A DNA stretch of 64,000 nt from Camelus ferus (Eukaryota), in NCBI RefSeq assembly GCF_009834535.1, contig NC_045696.1, positions 114,392,001-114,456,000 of the forward strand, read 5' to 3'. The notes beneath the pieces are model-generated. The model was given only the letters and a program-made list of their open reading frames with translations. It made no database searches and had not been told where the DNA came from. Positions 12,370-24,808 of the stretch are shown here, piece by piece. Numbering within the stretch: the stretch's first letter is position 1; each line of letters begins with the position of its first letter. The position numbers and the translations under genes were made by a program.

Positions 12370-12520
12370 GTATAGTTATAAGCATCGTTTTGAAGACTCT
12401 GTGCTAAGCATTTTATGTGCATGATTTCATTTCACAGTAACCTCCCCGGGAGGCAGTTCAGTCGCTCTCATTTTATCGGTTGAAGAGATCGGGGCTGAGC
12501 GAGGTCAGAGAACATTTCCA
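12370..12520 (-). mobile_element. MIR SINE
   Basis: ctctgtgctaagcattttatgtgcatgatttcatt...ctcattttatcggttgaagagatcggggctgagcgaggtca. Confidence 0.7.
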
Positions 12521-12971
12521 GTTCCATTTGCCTCTGGAGAACAGCCTGGCTACTTCTGTTCTTCATGATGGGTCAGGAAGAATGAAACTCTGATGTGCTT
12601 TTACTCAAGCTGATTTGGAGATCCAATTCAAGGGTCTGTGGCACCTTGCTCTGGCCAGTCCTTCATGACCAGACCTCTCATAGTGAAGACTGCCTTTGTT
12701 TGGTTCTCTGAAGATTCCTCAGCAAAAAATGCTCTCATGAGCTCTGCCTTCTTCTGAGTGGTACTCAGGAAATGTGATCAGTTCTGGGCACATGCTATGG
12801 TTCTGATTTCGCCCAGCTCTGTACAAACTCTGCCTCTGAGGTGTGCGGACTGCAAGCTTTGAGGCTCTTTAGGGAATCTTTTCTGGTTTCTCATCAAGAT
12901 GCAATTTCTAGAGAGGACAAAAAGGAATGGAATGATGTGAGTACAGGAATTATGTGTGGTGGGAGCACAGC

Positions 12972-13607
12972 TGAGACAGGAAGGGGACAGGGCACAGCCA
13001 TTCAAGGAATAACACAACAATTAACACTAGAATATCAAAAGGTTCAACCCCCAGGAGGCCTTGAGGCTCAAGATGGTGGGAGATGTGACTTCTAGCAGAC
13101 CTTGAGCTTCATTACACACCCACTGTAATATACTAACATGGTGAATAACACGCCCACAGGCACCAGGGCAGTCCCAAGGCCGCAAAAGGTCAAGAGTGGG
13201 AAACAGCCAACTTCCCGGGAATCCCAGCCCCTTCCCCAGGCTAGTTAGACTGGTCCTTCCACTTATTAGCATATGAAGCTACCAAGCCCATAAACTGGCA
13301 ACACGGCACCTTGTGGCCACCCTGCTTCTCTCTCTCTCCCCCTTCAGAGGCGGCCCGCAGTCTGTCTGTGGAGTGTGTACCTACTTTTACTCTAATCTGA
13401 GCACCCAACCCCCACACCTCATGGCCTTTCTCTTGCCTTTTGATGTATCTCTCTAAATAAATCTACCTTCACTCAACTGTGGCTTGCTCTTGAATCCTTT
13501 CCTGCCCTAAGCCAAGGACCCACACTTGGCAGGGCCACGTCCCTGGGGCTCAACTGAAGTCTGGGACACAGCCCTCCTCACTCTCCACATCCGTTTTTCC
13601 TGCATCA
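12972..13607 (+). mobile_element. ERV1 solo LTR, MER41-like
   Basis: TGAGACAGG...GCATCA termini with exact 4-bp TSD cagc (12968-12971 / 13608-13611); AATAAA 13456-13461; U5 ctcttgaatcctttcctgccctaagccaaggacc; cacgcccacaggcaccagggcagt and ttcccgggaa motifs as recalled for the MER41 group. Confidence 0.85.
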
Positions 13608-13929
13608 CAGCTGGGACTTCCAAAGTAAAGTGTGTAAACCTTAGAACTGTTTGAAGAACGCTGCCAAGTGACCCTGAACAAATCACACATTGTATTTGGT
13701 TCTCTCTGGCTACAAAAACCAAGTCCAGTCTTGAAGAATCCCTGGGGTGAATGGCCACAAGGCAAACACAGACCTCGCTCTCAGTTCTACGATGAGAGTC
13801 CTGCTGCCTGAGACCAGGCTTATAGGGATGAAGGTTACTGGGGAGCAAGTGAGCCTTTTATTCAAACTTCATTTAAAAACAATAGTAACAGCAAGAACCA
13901 CCATCACCTCCAAGTTAACATATTGAAAA

Positions 13930-14240
13930 GAACACTGTATGGAGATTTAGGGGAAAAAATTACATACACTTCTTGAAATTTCAATTCAATGACCATCTAC
14001 GGATTTAAAGTTTGAAAAAAGAAAGATAAAGTGTGTGTAGCTGTGTAGGAGTGAGCTGTATGTCTGTTGTGGATCAATACACACACACACCAAGGTTTCC
14101 TTAGCGTAGGGAATTAGAATTCAGCATTGCTGTTGGAGGGGTGGCAAAAAGAGATTTTCACATACACGTCTGCATTAATTTTGACTTTTTTTCTTTTACA
14201 GTGAACTCATGTATTCCTTATATAATAAAAGAAAAAAATG
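13930..14240 (+). mobile_element. Old L1M (L1ME-like) 3' end fragment
   Basis: gagattttcacatac...ttttacagtgaactcatgtattccttatataataaaagaaaaaaa. Confidence 0.45.
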
Positions 14241-16019
14241 TAAAACCATGTCACAAGTAAGATACTAGCCCAAGGTATATTTATCTTAGGGTAGTTACAT
14301 TTTTTTATTTTCCAAATGGTGCGCACTGGCATTCTCCCCGGTGACGTCTTCCTCTTGTGGGCAGCTTTATCCTATGGGGTTGTGGTCAAGAGTATTCAGT
14401 GCTGTGACTCACAGCTTGAGGTGAAGAACGGGTTTCTGAATGACTGGAAGTAACATCAAATATGATGAAAATATCTCTGAATATTAGTAAGTAGGCTAGC
14501 AATGAATTGGCATTTTAGAAAACATTTCCATTTCAAGTCAATTGAGGATAATACTAATCTGCATAAAATAAGTGAATTGTATTTTGATTATAAAAATTAT
14601 TGTTTGATATGTGATTGAACACATCCTCCCATATTTTAACTGGAATCAAATGCATCCAAGATGTAGCCTGGTGATTTCAGCCATCTAATGAGTCTGACCA
14701 CCTGTTTGGCCGTATAGTGGCTGATTTTTAGAGCACCTTTGAATGGCCCACTCAGTTGAGCACATAAATAGAGATTTCTAATTCCATGTCAGGAAAAAGT
14801 GATGAGGAGGAAATGGTATAAGACAGATTCTGTACCAGGTGCTTACATTTGGAAAATCTGCATTCACAGGAGACTTCCACGCTTTACAATTGGCATACTC
14901 AGCTTGAGTATAACTTTCTATTCGGTGGGTATTGGTTTGTCTCAGTGGGTAGTAGTAAAGATTCACTTTCTTCTATTAATAAAACATTGATAAATATCTC
15001 CACAATTGTCACGTTCGAACAGTGTAGAAAGTTTTGGCATTCTTAAGAAGGTTAGATGTGCTTTAGGAGAGGTCATTTCATGTTTGTTTAATAGTCTTAC
15101 AGAGCAGTTTATGAAAATGTGTGGGAAAGGATTCCATGCTTTTCAGTTGACATCATTTTTCCTCTCTTGAAATTGCTTAATGACCAGAAAGAGTCTCAAA
15201 CACTTTGAATTTGAGCCCAGGATTTATTTTTTGACACAATTATCCATAAACATTAAAAAATATAATAATTTTTTGCCTATGAGCAAGGCACTCTGTGCTT
15301 TATGGGACTACTCTCTTAGTTAATTGTGGTGCCTTTCATCTTTAAATAGGTGTATTTAAAATAATAATTTATAACTCAGGAATTTAATTGATAAAATTAG
15401 GAACACATTTGTAATCTGTTCTATTCTAGCTAGATTTTATTTTTCTTAATTGAACAGATACATTTTCTTGATTCTAATGTGAATGGGAGAGAACTTTTGG
15501 GAAATCTGATTAGGTTTGAGTGGTTAAAATTGCTTAGAGCATCTGTCTTAAATCCCCTAGTGGCTGAAGGTAGTCACCACCATCTCCTATAGAATGGTGA
15601 TAGAAATGCATTTATGTAGAGTTTCAGGAATTTGCACATATCCTACAACGGAACTTGTGCAGGCATCTTAAAGCATTGCTATTCTGTAATTTTTTGCCTC
15701 ATTCTTTAAAGGATATTTTTATTAGGTTTTGAGGGCAAACTGAATATAACATAAATGAGAATCTTAGGTAGGTAAATTGACCAGAAGGGTAAAGAATGAG
15801 TTGGAAGTGGAAAGGGATGAAACAACTATAGGATTTTGTTCAGTTTGATGTCTTTCTCTCTCTCTTTCTGCTTGGATTCTTGGTGACCTCACTGATGTGC
15901 TGAGAAAACAGGATTACCAAAAATTGGCCACCTGAATGGGTGTGGACAGAGAACCAATGATGAATGTTAAAATCTCTATAAAGGTAACTGAGAGAAGGGA
16001 AGATAGAAAGACAAGAAGC

Positions 16020-16262
16020 AGGAGGTACAGAGGATAAGATCATGGACTCTGGATTCATATGAACCTTGGTTTAAATCTTGGCTCCACCAATTGCAAGTGT
16101 GACCTTGGTTAACTTATTTCACCCTTTGAACTTGGTTTTATTATTTGTAGTTTGTGGATAATAATGGTAGCCACCTTATTACAGGGATTGAAGGAAATGA
16201 TCTGGAGAGTACAGAGCACATAGTAATCACTAAATACATGGAAGATGTTATTACCATTTATT
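16020..16262 (+). mobile_element. MIR SINE, near full length
   Basis: taagatcatggactctgga...ggtttaaatcttggctccacc...gtgtgaccttgg...gataataatggtag...cacatagtaatcactaaata. Confidence 0.85.
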
Positions 16263-16867
16263 ATTAAGTACCTAGGAATGGCATGAGAATAAAGGAAGGC
16301 TGGGAAGAGTAAGAAGAAGGACTGTGAAGTGTAAGGAGAGGTACCACTATCTAACTAGGAGCCATTTTTCAGAGTGCAGTCAAGTTAGAACGTTTTCACT
16401 GACCCCTTGCTGTGCCACGGGGATTGTTTTGTAAGCAATACTTAGTGTATTGGTCCTTCAGGGCCTTAGGGTATTGATGGAGTTCACTGTTTGTCGCTGG
16501 TTCTTTTGTACTAAAGAGCTCCTGGGGCATGAATGGCTGTTCTATCCCTGTGCCCTGGATGTAGACCTTTGTCCATTTCATTGATAATGAGACTCAGGAC
16601 CCCCAGAGGAGTAGATGATTCATTGCAGCTTTAAATAAAGATCTTTGGGAGAAAAAGAATTCCACAAAAATGCTATAGGAGAGGTCCAAGGAGATGGAAG
16701 AGAGAAACAATGTCTGTAGCGGGACAACCTGGGGAAACCATGGCCTTAGATGTGGACAAGATGAAAAGAAGAGAAATAAAATACTAGAACTCAGAGGAAG
16801 TAGATTAGATATTATATTTTAGCCTGAGAGAAGATTTTCCTTTAGGAGGTCCCAAAACCAGTGCCTT

Positions 16868-18402
16868 ATTTTTAAAATTTAAATAAATATTTAATTTTAG
16901 AATGGTTTTAGATTTACAGAAAGTTTACAAAAATAAAACAGAGGAATCGATCCCATATTCCTCACCCAGTTTTCCCAGTTGTTAACATTTTAGATTACCA
17001 CGCAACACTCTCCAAACAAACCTTATTGGTACGTGACTATTACTGCTCTTGCTTTCAGACATCACCAGTTTTCCCCTAATTTCTTTCTTTCTTTTTTTTT
17101 TTGTTCAAGGGTCCCAGACAGGATGTCACATTACATTTAGTTGTCATGTCTCCTTAAACTCCTCTGGTTTGTGACAGTTTCTCAGAGTTTCTTGTTTTTG
17201 ATGTCGTTCACAGCTTTGAGGAGTACTGGTCAGGTGTTTCATGGAACATCCCTCAGCTGGGATGTGTCTGAAGGTTTTCTCATGGTTAGACTGAGGTCAT
17301 AGATTTTTTGGAGGAAGACCATGTGGTGGAATGCCATTCTGCTATCCTATCAAGGGGATATGCTGTCAACATGACCTGTCTCTGATGCTGTTGACCTTGC
17401 CCATGTGGCTGAGCTGGTGCTTGTTAGGTTTCTCCACTGTCAAGTTTTCTTTTCCCTTCTCCACACTCTACTCTTTGAAAGCAAGTCAGTAAGTTCAGCC
17501 CTTCCTCAGGAGGTGGGGAATTAGGCTCCACCTCCTTGAAAGTAGAGTATCTACATAATATATTTAGAATTGTTTGCATTAAAGATTTGTCCCTTCTCGT
17601 TTATTTATTTATTCAATCATTTATTGAAATCAGCACAGACTTATGAATATTTGCTTTATACTGTAGATTTTACCCCGAATCTTTGATATTTATTTTGTTG
17701 CTGAAATTGTTCCGGCGTTGGCCATTAGGAAATCTTTCATTTGGCTCCTATGTCCTTTGGCCATGCCACCGTGTTTTTGTTTTTTGAGCTTTTCCTCACT
17801 TTCTAGCAATACAAAATGCTCCAGTCTCCTAAGATTTATTTCATGATCCAACCCTTGAATCCATCATTTTTCCAAGGAAGCCGTGTTCCTTTTATTAAAG
17901 TATTTGTTTATCTATACCTTGTGAGAAACAACTTTATCAGCTAGAGTACAATGTTAATGGGAAGTTCCTATGTCTTTAATCTTAAGGTTTCTCCAAAGTT
18001 ACTAGATTAGCACTTTTTTTCTCCATTCCTTTCAGTGAGGTTATGTCATGTATTTGCAATACAGTGAGATTCTTTTGTCTCAGTATACATTCTATGCTAG
18101 GATCCTCCAATTTCCTGGTTAAGTATTTTAAAAATTTGCCTACATTAAGGTCCATTCTTTGTGCTGTCTATGGGTTTTGACACATGCATGGTGTCATATG
18201 TATAGTATATCGGTGAGTACCACCAACCTAGAAGATTCCTTATGCTTCCCCTAGTCAAACACTTCTCCTTTCCCAAACTTCTGTCAACCATTGATCTGTT
18301 TTCTACCCCTACAGTGGTGAGAAAGGATATCTCTGCTTTCCTCCTGATCTTTGGGGAAAGATTCCAGCCTCTCACTATTAAGTATGACGTTAGGTATGGG
18401 TT
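16868..18402 (-). mobile_element. Old L1 (L1MC/L1MD-type 3' UTR segments plus a short ORF2 piece)
   Basis: ttttagatttacagaaagtttac...ttgaggagtactggtcagg...aggtttctccactgt...tccaaggaagccgtgttccttttatt; ORF2 piece cctgatctttggggaaagattccagcctctcactattaagtatgacgttag. Confidence 0.85.
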
Positions 18403-18417
18403 AATTACGTACGTAAA

Positions 18418-18793
18418 TGTGGCAGCCCCACAAAGATATGAGACTCAAAAAAGTGACCAGAGCTTTCAAAGAAAAAGTAAATTTGTGACAAACTGACAAG
18501 ACAAAGAGGTGTGGGCTAGGTTGACCCAAAACCTTTATAAAATGGTGAAGAAGTAGCAAGATTTACTTTTACAGATTTTGGCCCTAAATTCCCTGTCCCT
18601 GGTGATAAAGGTTCCTTCTACCCTCCCCAAATAAGGAAGGTACCTTTCACATGGGAGGTTTTTCTGCTTTCAGAGGAACAAAGGAGGGTCAGAGTGTCCT
18701 TCCTGAGCCAGCTCTTTCTCATGTATCTTTAATTCAAAATAATTAATATGCCATAGTGGCATATTTTGGGGTGACACATTCTGAATCCCTACA
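18418..18793 (-). mobile_element. ERV1 LTR (MER34/MER39 group)
   Basis: Reverse complement begins TGTAGGGATTCAGAATGTGTCACCCCAAAATATGCCACTATGGCATATTAATTATTTTGAATTAAAG. Confidence 0.75.
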
Positions 18794-21094
18794 CTGGTTT
18801 ATGCTGAACAGCCTCCTACAGTTGGCTCTCTCATTCACAGATTTCCCATGACTATTAACCTTATTTCAAATTGTGCCAATGAGATTTTGGATTGAATCTG
18901 TATAGTTTCTTTAAAAATGTTTCCCCAAATACTTAGATATCAATGAATTGAAGCCTGAACATAATGCTTTTATAAATTAAAAAACAAAACAAAACAAAAC
19001 TTCATCCAAATTTGTTTTCCATCATGACTTCTTCCTCTCCAATCAGCTTATCTAAGCAAAATATGTACCAGTTAACAATTTTCCTCTTTAATACACCACT
19101 TGTAGCTACTTGTTTAAAAAAAAGAGGAGAGATGAATGCTACCCAGGTGGCCTTTGGTATTTTACCCAGAGAGTCTTGGTCGTGTTCCCATTCTTTGATT
19201 CCAAGTGGTGATGGCTTAGGTTGGTGACCTGTTGAGTGATCTCCATCATAACAATTCACCCACTGAGTTGTATCTTCTTTATGTTACAGAAACCAATTTC
19301 CTTTGAAAACAATGCTTCTGTTTTCTCAGCATTGTCTCTGTAGTGCTGAATTAATATTCCATACAAGCTTTCCACTTGATTTCCTTTTGGAAGAGTCCAG
19401 CATGCTTCTATCTCCTTAGAAATGCTACTTGGAGCTCCAAAGACATTTCTTTGACTGGCGTTTCCTTTGAACTTAAAGAATTTAAGTTTTCCTCAAAAGT
19501 ATTTTCCAGGAAAAAATAGGGATATTGTCTCTGAAATATGAATTAGTTTCTGCAAACTGGTACATCTTATCATTGGATGTACATTTTTAGTGCTATACTT
19601 TTAAATATATTTCGAGGTATGATTTATAAAGGGAAAAATAACAATATTGATATATTAAGTACTGCATGTTGTGAGTTCCTCTCATATAATGTTATAGTAA
19701 GCCAGTGAAAAAGACATTTATTGTCATATGATTTAAATGCCAGTGGGGTGGGATGGTAAAAATAACAAAATCTATTTTAATATGGAGTATTTGTTCATAT
19801 TGTATATATGCAACAATATTTCAGATAAATATATAATTATTTCATTTAGAATTTACAAATCAATTTATTTTTTAAAATGGTAATGTACAGTTTGAGTAAA
19901 TCTCTTGTTGTTAGCCAGTTGAGGTTGGAATTTTTTTCTGTAGTTGATTTATATAGCTCAGATTTTGTCTGTACATAGTGCTAAATCTGATGAGCCTAAA
20001 TACAAAATCAGATGAGCTCAAGTACCAAATTCTTCTCACTACAGTGTGATATTTTTAAACCTACTTACAGATTACCAACAAAATACCACTCTGCTTCCAT
20101 TCTGAAATCAGCAGTTTTTCCTAGTATATTTCTGCTTCCTCTATTTCAAGACCCATTTCAGCATTTAAACATTAAGTTTAGTTCTAGCTCACATGATGTA
20201 GCTATTTAGGGGCTTGAGGGTTATTTTTTTCAATTAGCATTTCATTTTTAGCAGACCCAAAATAAAACAGTTAAAGTCTTTTCCTGGATGTTCTGAATAA
20301 GCTAGCATGAGACTAAAACAGAAGTTGGAGCCACGTGGCTGCTGCATTTAAGAGCCACATGGGAATGTGCTCTTATGGGCTCCTGGCTCCTCTTCACTAC
20401 TGACTGGGAACCACTCTAGCAATGATCAACGTTGTGGATAAGAAATTATGCAAAGCTCCCCCAGGCAATGTAGGACAACAATGCACTTTATTTTTAACAA
20501 ATCACACTTAGACGTGAAATATTTATAGTGATACTTCACATGACACTAATAGGTGTTTCATGTACGTTTGTTAGGACGTCTCAGTACTGTGACATCTGCT
20601 TCTGGTTGGTCTTATTTGAGTCAGCTGACAACTGGTGCGAGACTGTTTTTATTACAATTATTAGGCTTTAGATTCACTCACTAGGAGTGCTTTAGACAAA
20701 TAATACAGTAAGTGTTTTAAATTGCTCAAGGACTAATTGGGTTATGTCTAAAATATTTTCTTAATACAAGTGTTGAAACTGAAAATAATTGCATAAAACT
20801 TTTAATAAAGTGTCACAGTAAAAGCAGAGTTCATTTTGGAAAATACACTAATTGACGGAGAATAATATATTTATTTTTAGTAAAATATCATTTATGTATA
20901 TGACTGTTTTTATAATGACTATCACTCTTGGGTCTGGCATTTTGGCCAGTTTGTATTTTGACACCAAGCAATAATTAGGAAGGGGGGAAAATGTCTTCCT
21001 TAAGCTACGCTGGGATCTTGTCTGTTGAAATCTGAATGTTTCCATTTCTGTTTACTATGTAATAATGACACAAATTTCATTTTATAATTGCTGT

Positions 21095-21190
21095 CCTATT
21101 GATCTTTCTTTTAAAGCTCTGAGCATGTCTCTTCCTCGCTCAAAGACCTGCTTTCAGTGTCCCTCATTGCTCATAGAATAAAGTTCAAAA
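21095..21190 (+). mobile_element. L2 fragment
   Basis: gatctttctt...tctgagcatgtctcttcctcgctcaaagacc...ttcagtgtccctcattgctcatagaataaagttcaaa. Confidence 0.65.
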
Positions 21191-21632
21191 CCCCATGGGG
21201 ACTTCCCAGGTACAAAAGCCCTTCCATGTCCCCTGTCTCTTGTTTGTAGTCTCCCAGGCCCCAAGTTAGTCACAAAAGAGCAGGCTCAAAAAGTCAATGA
21301 TGAGGACGATATAGTCACAGATTCTTTATTTCCTCCCTAAAGGACATAGATAACTGTCTGACATACATTCCTGAGTTGGTTCACAGATACTGGAACTGTC
21401 ACCAGAGGGCAAAAGCTAACTGCATGATGACCAGAATGTAGACATGAGACTTTGAGCTGGGCTGAATCTAAGACTTGTACAATTCCAGAACCTGGCCTCA
21501 AGAGAATGGGAGCAAACTGACCCTGGAGTTGAAGATTAACTGCACTTAAGCCAGTCAAGGTGACAGTGGCCAGACCGCCACATGACCAGTTTCAGGACGA
21601 CTGTCGGAGCTAACTGTGCTGTTCTGCACACA
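21191..21632 (+). mobile_element. ERV1 LTR U3 portion (related to the LTR at 34559-35154), truncated before R/U5
   Basis: cccaggtacaaaagcccttccatgtcccctgtctcttgtttgtag matches the 5' end of the 34559-35154 LTR read in its own orientation. Confidence 0.7.
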
Positions 21633-21635
21633 GAC

Positions 21636-21907
21636 TCCACCTGCTGCTCTTACATAAATACCTCCTCACAGGTCGAGACTGGTATTGAGAAGATTAGACT
21701 TTAGACCACCATACTCCCCTATTTCAAGGTGGGGAGGATTGGTTTACTAACCTATCTTCTTAGATTCCCTCTAGGATTAAGTCTATGCTTGAAGGAATCT
21801 TTAAGTTGGTACTGACTCTTTTACTAATTGTTGTGGGGTTTTATCTTCTAGTCGAGGGAATCGTAGTTGGCCTGTTACTCCTTGCCAAAGAATTACTAAA
21901 AGGTTAG
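21636..21907 (+). pseudogene. env: Degraded gammaretrovirus-type env, TM subunit fragment
   Basis: Translates STCCSYINTSSQVETGIEKIRL*, then after a frameshift GEDWFTNLSS*IPSRIKSMLEGIFKLVLTLLLIVVGFYLLVEGIVVGLL (CC-Y-N-S motif, heptad, membrane anchor); followed by a PPT-like gacagtgaggat and an LTR. Confidence 0.75.
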
Positions 21908-22091
21908 TAGTGAGATGTCTCTTTTGGAATCTCAACCAGCATGTAAGGGAACCAAAGAATATTTCTTACACCACGTCAGGTCATTCCACTCCAAGAATCC
22001 TTTGTGGCCCATGCTCAGCTTGAAGAAGTGACAGAAGGTGGACCTTCACCTCTTTTCCATAGAAATTGGAAGAAAATCTGACAGTGAGGAT

Positions 22092-22617
22092 TGTAACTGA
22101 GGAAGGGAGACCGTAACTAGGGACTCTTATGTCCTCATATTATTCCAACTCAACTTCTTGGTTATGATATGCCTGACTTCTACCCTAGTACACCATTGAC
22201 TTAGCTCAGCTTGCTGCTGATGGAAAAACTGTTGATGTGTGTTGAGATTGGAGATTAGTTGTTCTGTAGGCTTCACCCTTGCTCTTTATTCTCCAGGACT
22301 AGCTAACCAAAGATTTATGGCTCAGGTAGTGTTCCAACCACAAGCAAGAACTGATGGCTACTTGGAGACATGTGATTGAGACAATCGTCTCTGAAAATAG
22401 AAGGTTACCCACTGCCCAGCACTTAGCCCCTTCCTCTTTCCCCTATATCATCTCCAAGCAAAATCTGGGGAGTTGGGGGTTGGTTCTTTGGAACTTGAGT
22501 CCACCTTCTCCCCAGGATTGCTGGCTTCCTCATTAAAACTGTCTTTCCTTTGACCCAACACTTGTCTCTCAGTATTGGATCTTGAGCAATAAGCAGCTGA
22601 ATCTGAGTTTGGTAACA
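22092..22617 (+). mobile_element. ERV1 3' LTR
   Basis: TGTAAC start directly after the PPT-like tract; U5 tgagtccaccttctccccaggattgctggcttcctcattaaa...gagtttggtaaCA. Confidence 0.8.
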
Positions 22618-22828
22618 CAACCAAATCAGTATTTTCTCACCTAATGTGATCTCTTCTCTTTGACTTGGATTTATATAGCCTGACATCATGCAACTGACCT
22701 ATTGTTTACTCTCAAGGCTTTTTCATTGTCAGTGTGGAGATACATTTATATTTTCCTTGCACAGTGTGGATATATTAGGAATTAGGCAGAAAATATTGAG
22801 ATGATTGTTTTGCGTGACTAAGGTCCAT

Positions 22829-23861
22829 TGTCAGGGAGGAAGAAATTTTCCTCTACCCTTCTAGGGTAGACAGATTAACAGGAGAAAATTACACAAAAGT
22901 TTAATACCATGTACATGTGGAAGAGACCCAGAAAAACTGAGTAACTTGCCAAAATGGCTGAAACTCTCTCCTTAAATACCATCTTCAGTTAAAGACAAAA
23001 GAGGATGTTAGAGATAGTGATTTGGGACCCCAAAGGGAAGGAAGGCAGTCGGCATGGAGATGGTGAGGAGACTAAAGGCATGCCTCCAAAATGAGTCACT
23101 CTGGCATTTGGATTATTTTGAGCTGAAAATAATCAAGGCTCAAAAGACTCAGGAAGAATATTTGAACTTCCCCCTTATTGCCTAAAAGAATTTAAGAGAG
23201 GGGATCTGTCCCAGGAAGAAGCTACATGGATAACTCTATATAAAGTACTCGGTGTGATACACTGGGAAGAGCCTTGCTAAGCCCATTTGATCAAAATCCT
23301 CTCTGTGTCCCACTGTCTTTGAATGGCCCGGTTACACTTACATTAACTCATTTTATCTTCCAATGAGTCACCTTACCTCCCCCTGAGGCCTCAGATCCCT
23401 ACCTCTTTCTCCTTAGTCCGGAATATATATACTTTATCTTGTCATGCAGAATTTGGAATGCTTCATACTTATATGAATTTTCTGTGTGCATTTAATAAAT
23501 TCAATTTTCCCCCTGTTAATCTACCTTATGCCATTTTAATTGCCAGCCAAAAGAATTAAGAGAGGAAAGAGGGAAAATTTCCCCTCCCCTAATGGAGAAA
23601 AGCAAAAGATTGTTAAACAAATGTTCGCTGGGCCATTCAAAGACGGTGGGACATACAGAGATTTTGCTGGATTCTTCCCTGTCTACACACCTAGTTCATA
23701 TTGTAGTTATCTATGGGGATAGCTCCCTTTCTGGAACAGGTCCTCTCCCTGCATTCTTTAGGAGCTCTGAGGGGAGATCAAAGATTCTTTCAAAGTCTTC
23801 TGGGCTCAAAATAATCCACGTGCCAAAGAGACACTTTGGGGTGTTCATTTTGTTCCCTACA
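22829..23861 (-). mobile_element. ERV1 LTR (MER34-like group), split by a nested LTR
   Basis: tgtcagggaggaagaaattttcctctacccttctagg...; resumes at 23592; ends aaaataatccacgtgccaaagagacactttgggg...ccctaca. Confidence 0.8.
23064..23591 (+). mobile_element. ERV1 LTR of the same group nested antisense inside the previous LTR
   Basis: tgaggagactaaaggcatgcctccaaaatg...ggattattttgagctgaa...aataaa...gggaaaatttcccctcccct; exact TSD atgg (23060-23063 / 23592-23595). Confidence 0.82.
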
Positions 23862-23894
23862 GAATAGAGTTTAAACATATCTAGACTGGCTTCT

Positions 23895-24427
23895 TCCTGC
23901 CATAAAGGATTATTTTGATCTGAAGATAATCAAGGCCCAAAAGACTCAGGAAGAAACTTACCTTTCTCTTTGGCTGCGTAAAGATTTTACATAGAGGGCC
24001 TATTATGGGAATAGCTATCCCCATAGATAACTATAGTATGAACTAGCTGTGTTGACAGGGAGGAAACTAGCCAGATCCCTTTGTTAAAATCCTCTCTGTC
24101 CTGTTGTTGTCCCTGCTGGCCCAGCAAACATTTGTTTACCAAACCTTTGCTTTTCCATTGACATGTCCATTGCTTTCTTCCCCTTTGAGGTTCCAAACCC
24201 CTATCCTCAACATCCTCTTTTGTCTTTAGCTGAAGATGGTATTTAAGGTGAGGGGTTTAGCCATCTGGGTCAGTAACTCTGGCTCTCACATGTGTACATG
24301 TTATCAGCCTGTGTGATTTCTTTTTCTTTTGTGTGATTTTCTCCTAGTAATCTGCCTGATGTCAACTTAATTCTTAGGCCAGCCAAAAGAACCTAGAAGG
24401 ATGGAGGAAAATTTCTTCCTCCCGACA
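23895..24427 (+). mobile_element. ERV1 LTR of the same group, 5'-truncated
   Basis: ggattattttgatctgaagataatcaaggcccaaaagactcaggaagaa...ttagctgaagatggtatttaagg...aacctagaaggatggaggaaaatttcttcctcccgaca. Confidence 0.8.
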
Positions 24428-24564
24428 ATTCCTAAACCAATTAGACCACCAGAAGCCTTCTTATTTGGAACACATTATTTCAGCTTTTCTCAGAACCACC
24501 TTCACTAAACTGTGTTTCATTATTATGCTTGTAAGATTATTGAAACATAGCTACACAATTATAA

Positions 24565-24808
24565 CAATGGTTAGCATTTATAGAGGTCTTGTGTTTTAGG
24601 CATCTTGTTAGGTATCTTAAATTGAGTTTTAGCAAATCTATCTGCATATATTGTGCTCAATTACACAAACTCATTGACTTGTTACAAGGATTAAAGAAAC
24701 TCATGCATGTGAAACACAACACAGTGCTTGGCACTAAGTAAGAACTCAGTGCATGTTGACAGTGGTTGTTAGTGTCACTGTTGTTATTATTACTATTATT
24801 ATTATTTC
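24565..24808. mobile_element. MIR fragments (minus piece followed by a plus 3' end)
   Basis: ttagcatttatagaggtcttgtg...; tgttacaaggattaaagaaactcatgcatgtgaaacacaacacagtgcttggcactaagtaagaactcagt. Confidence 0.6.
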
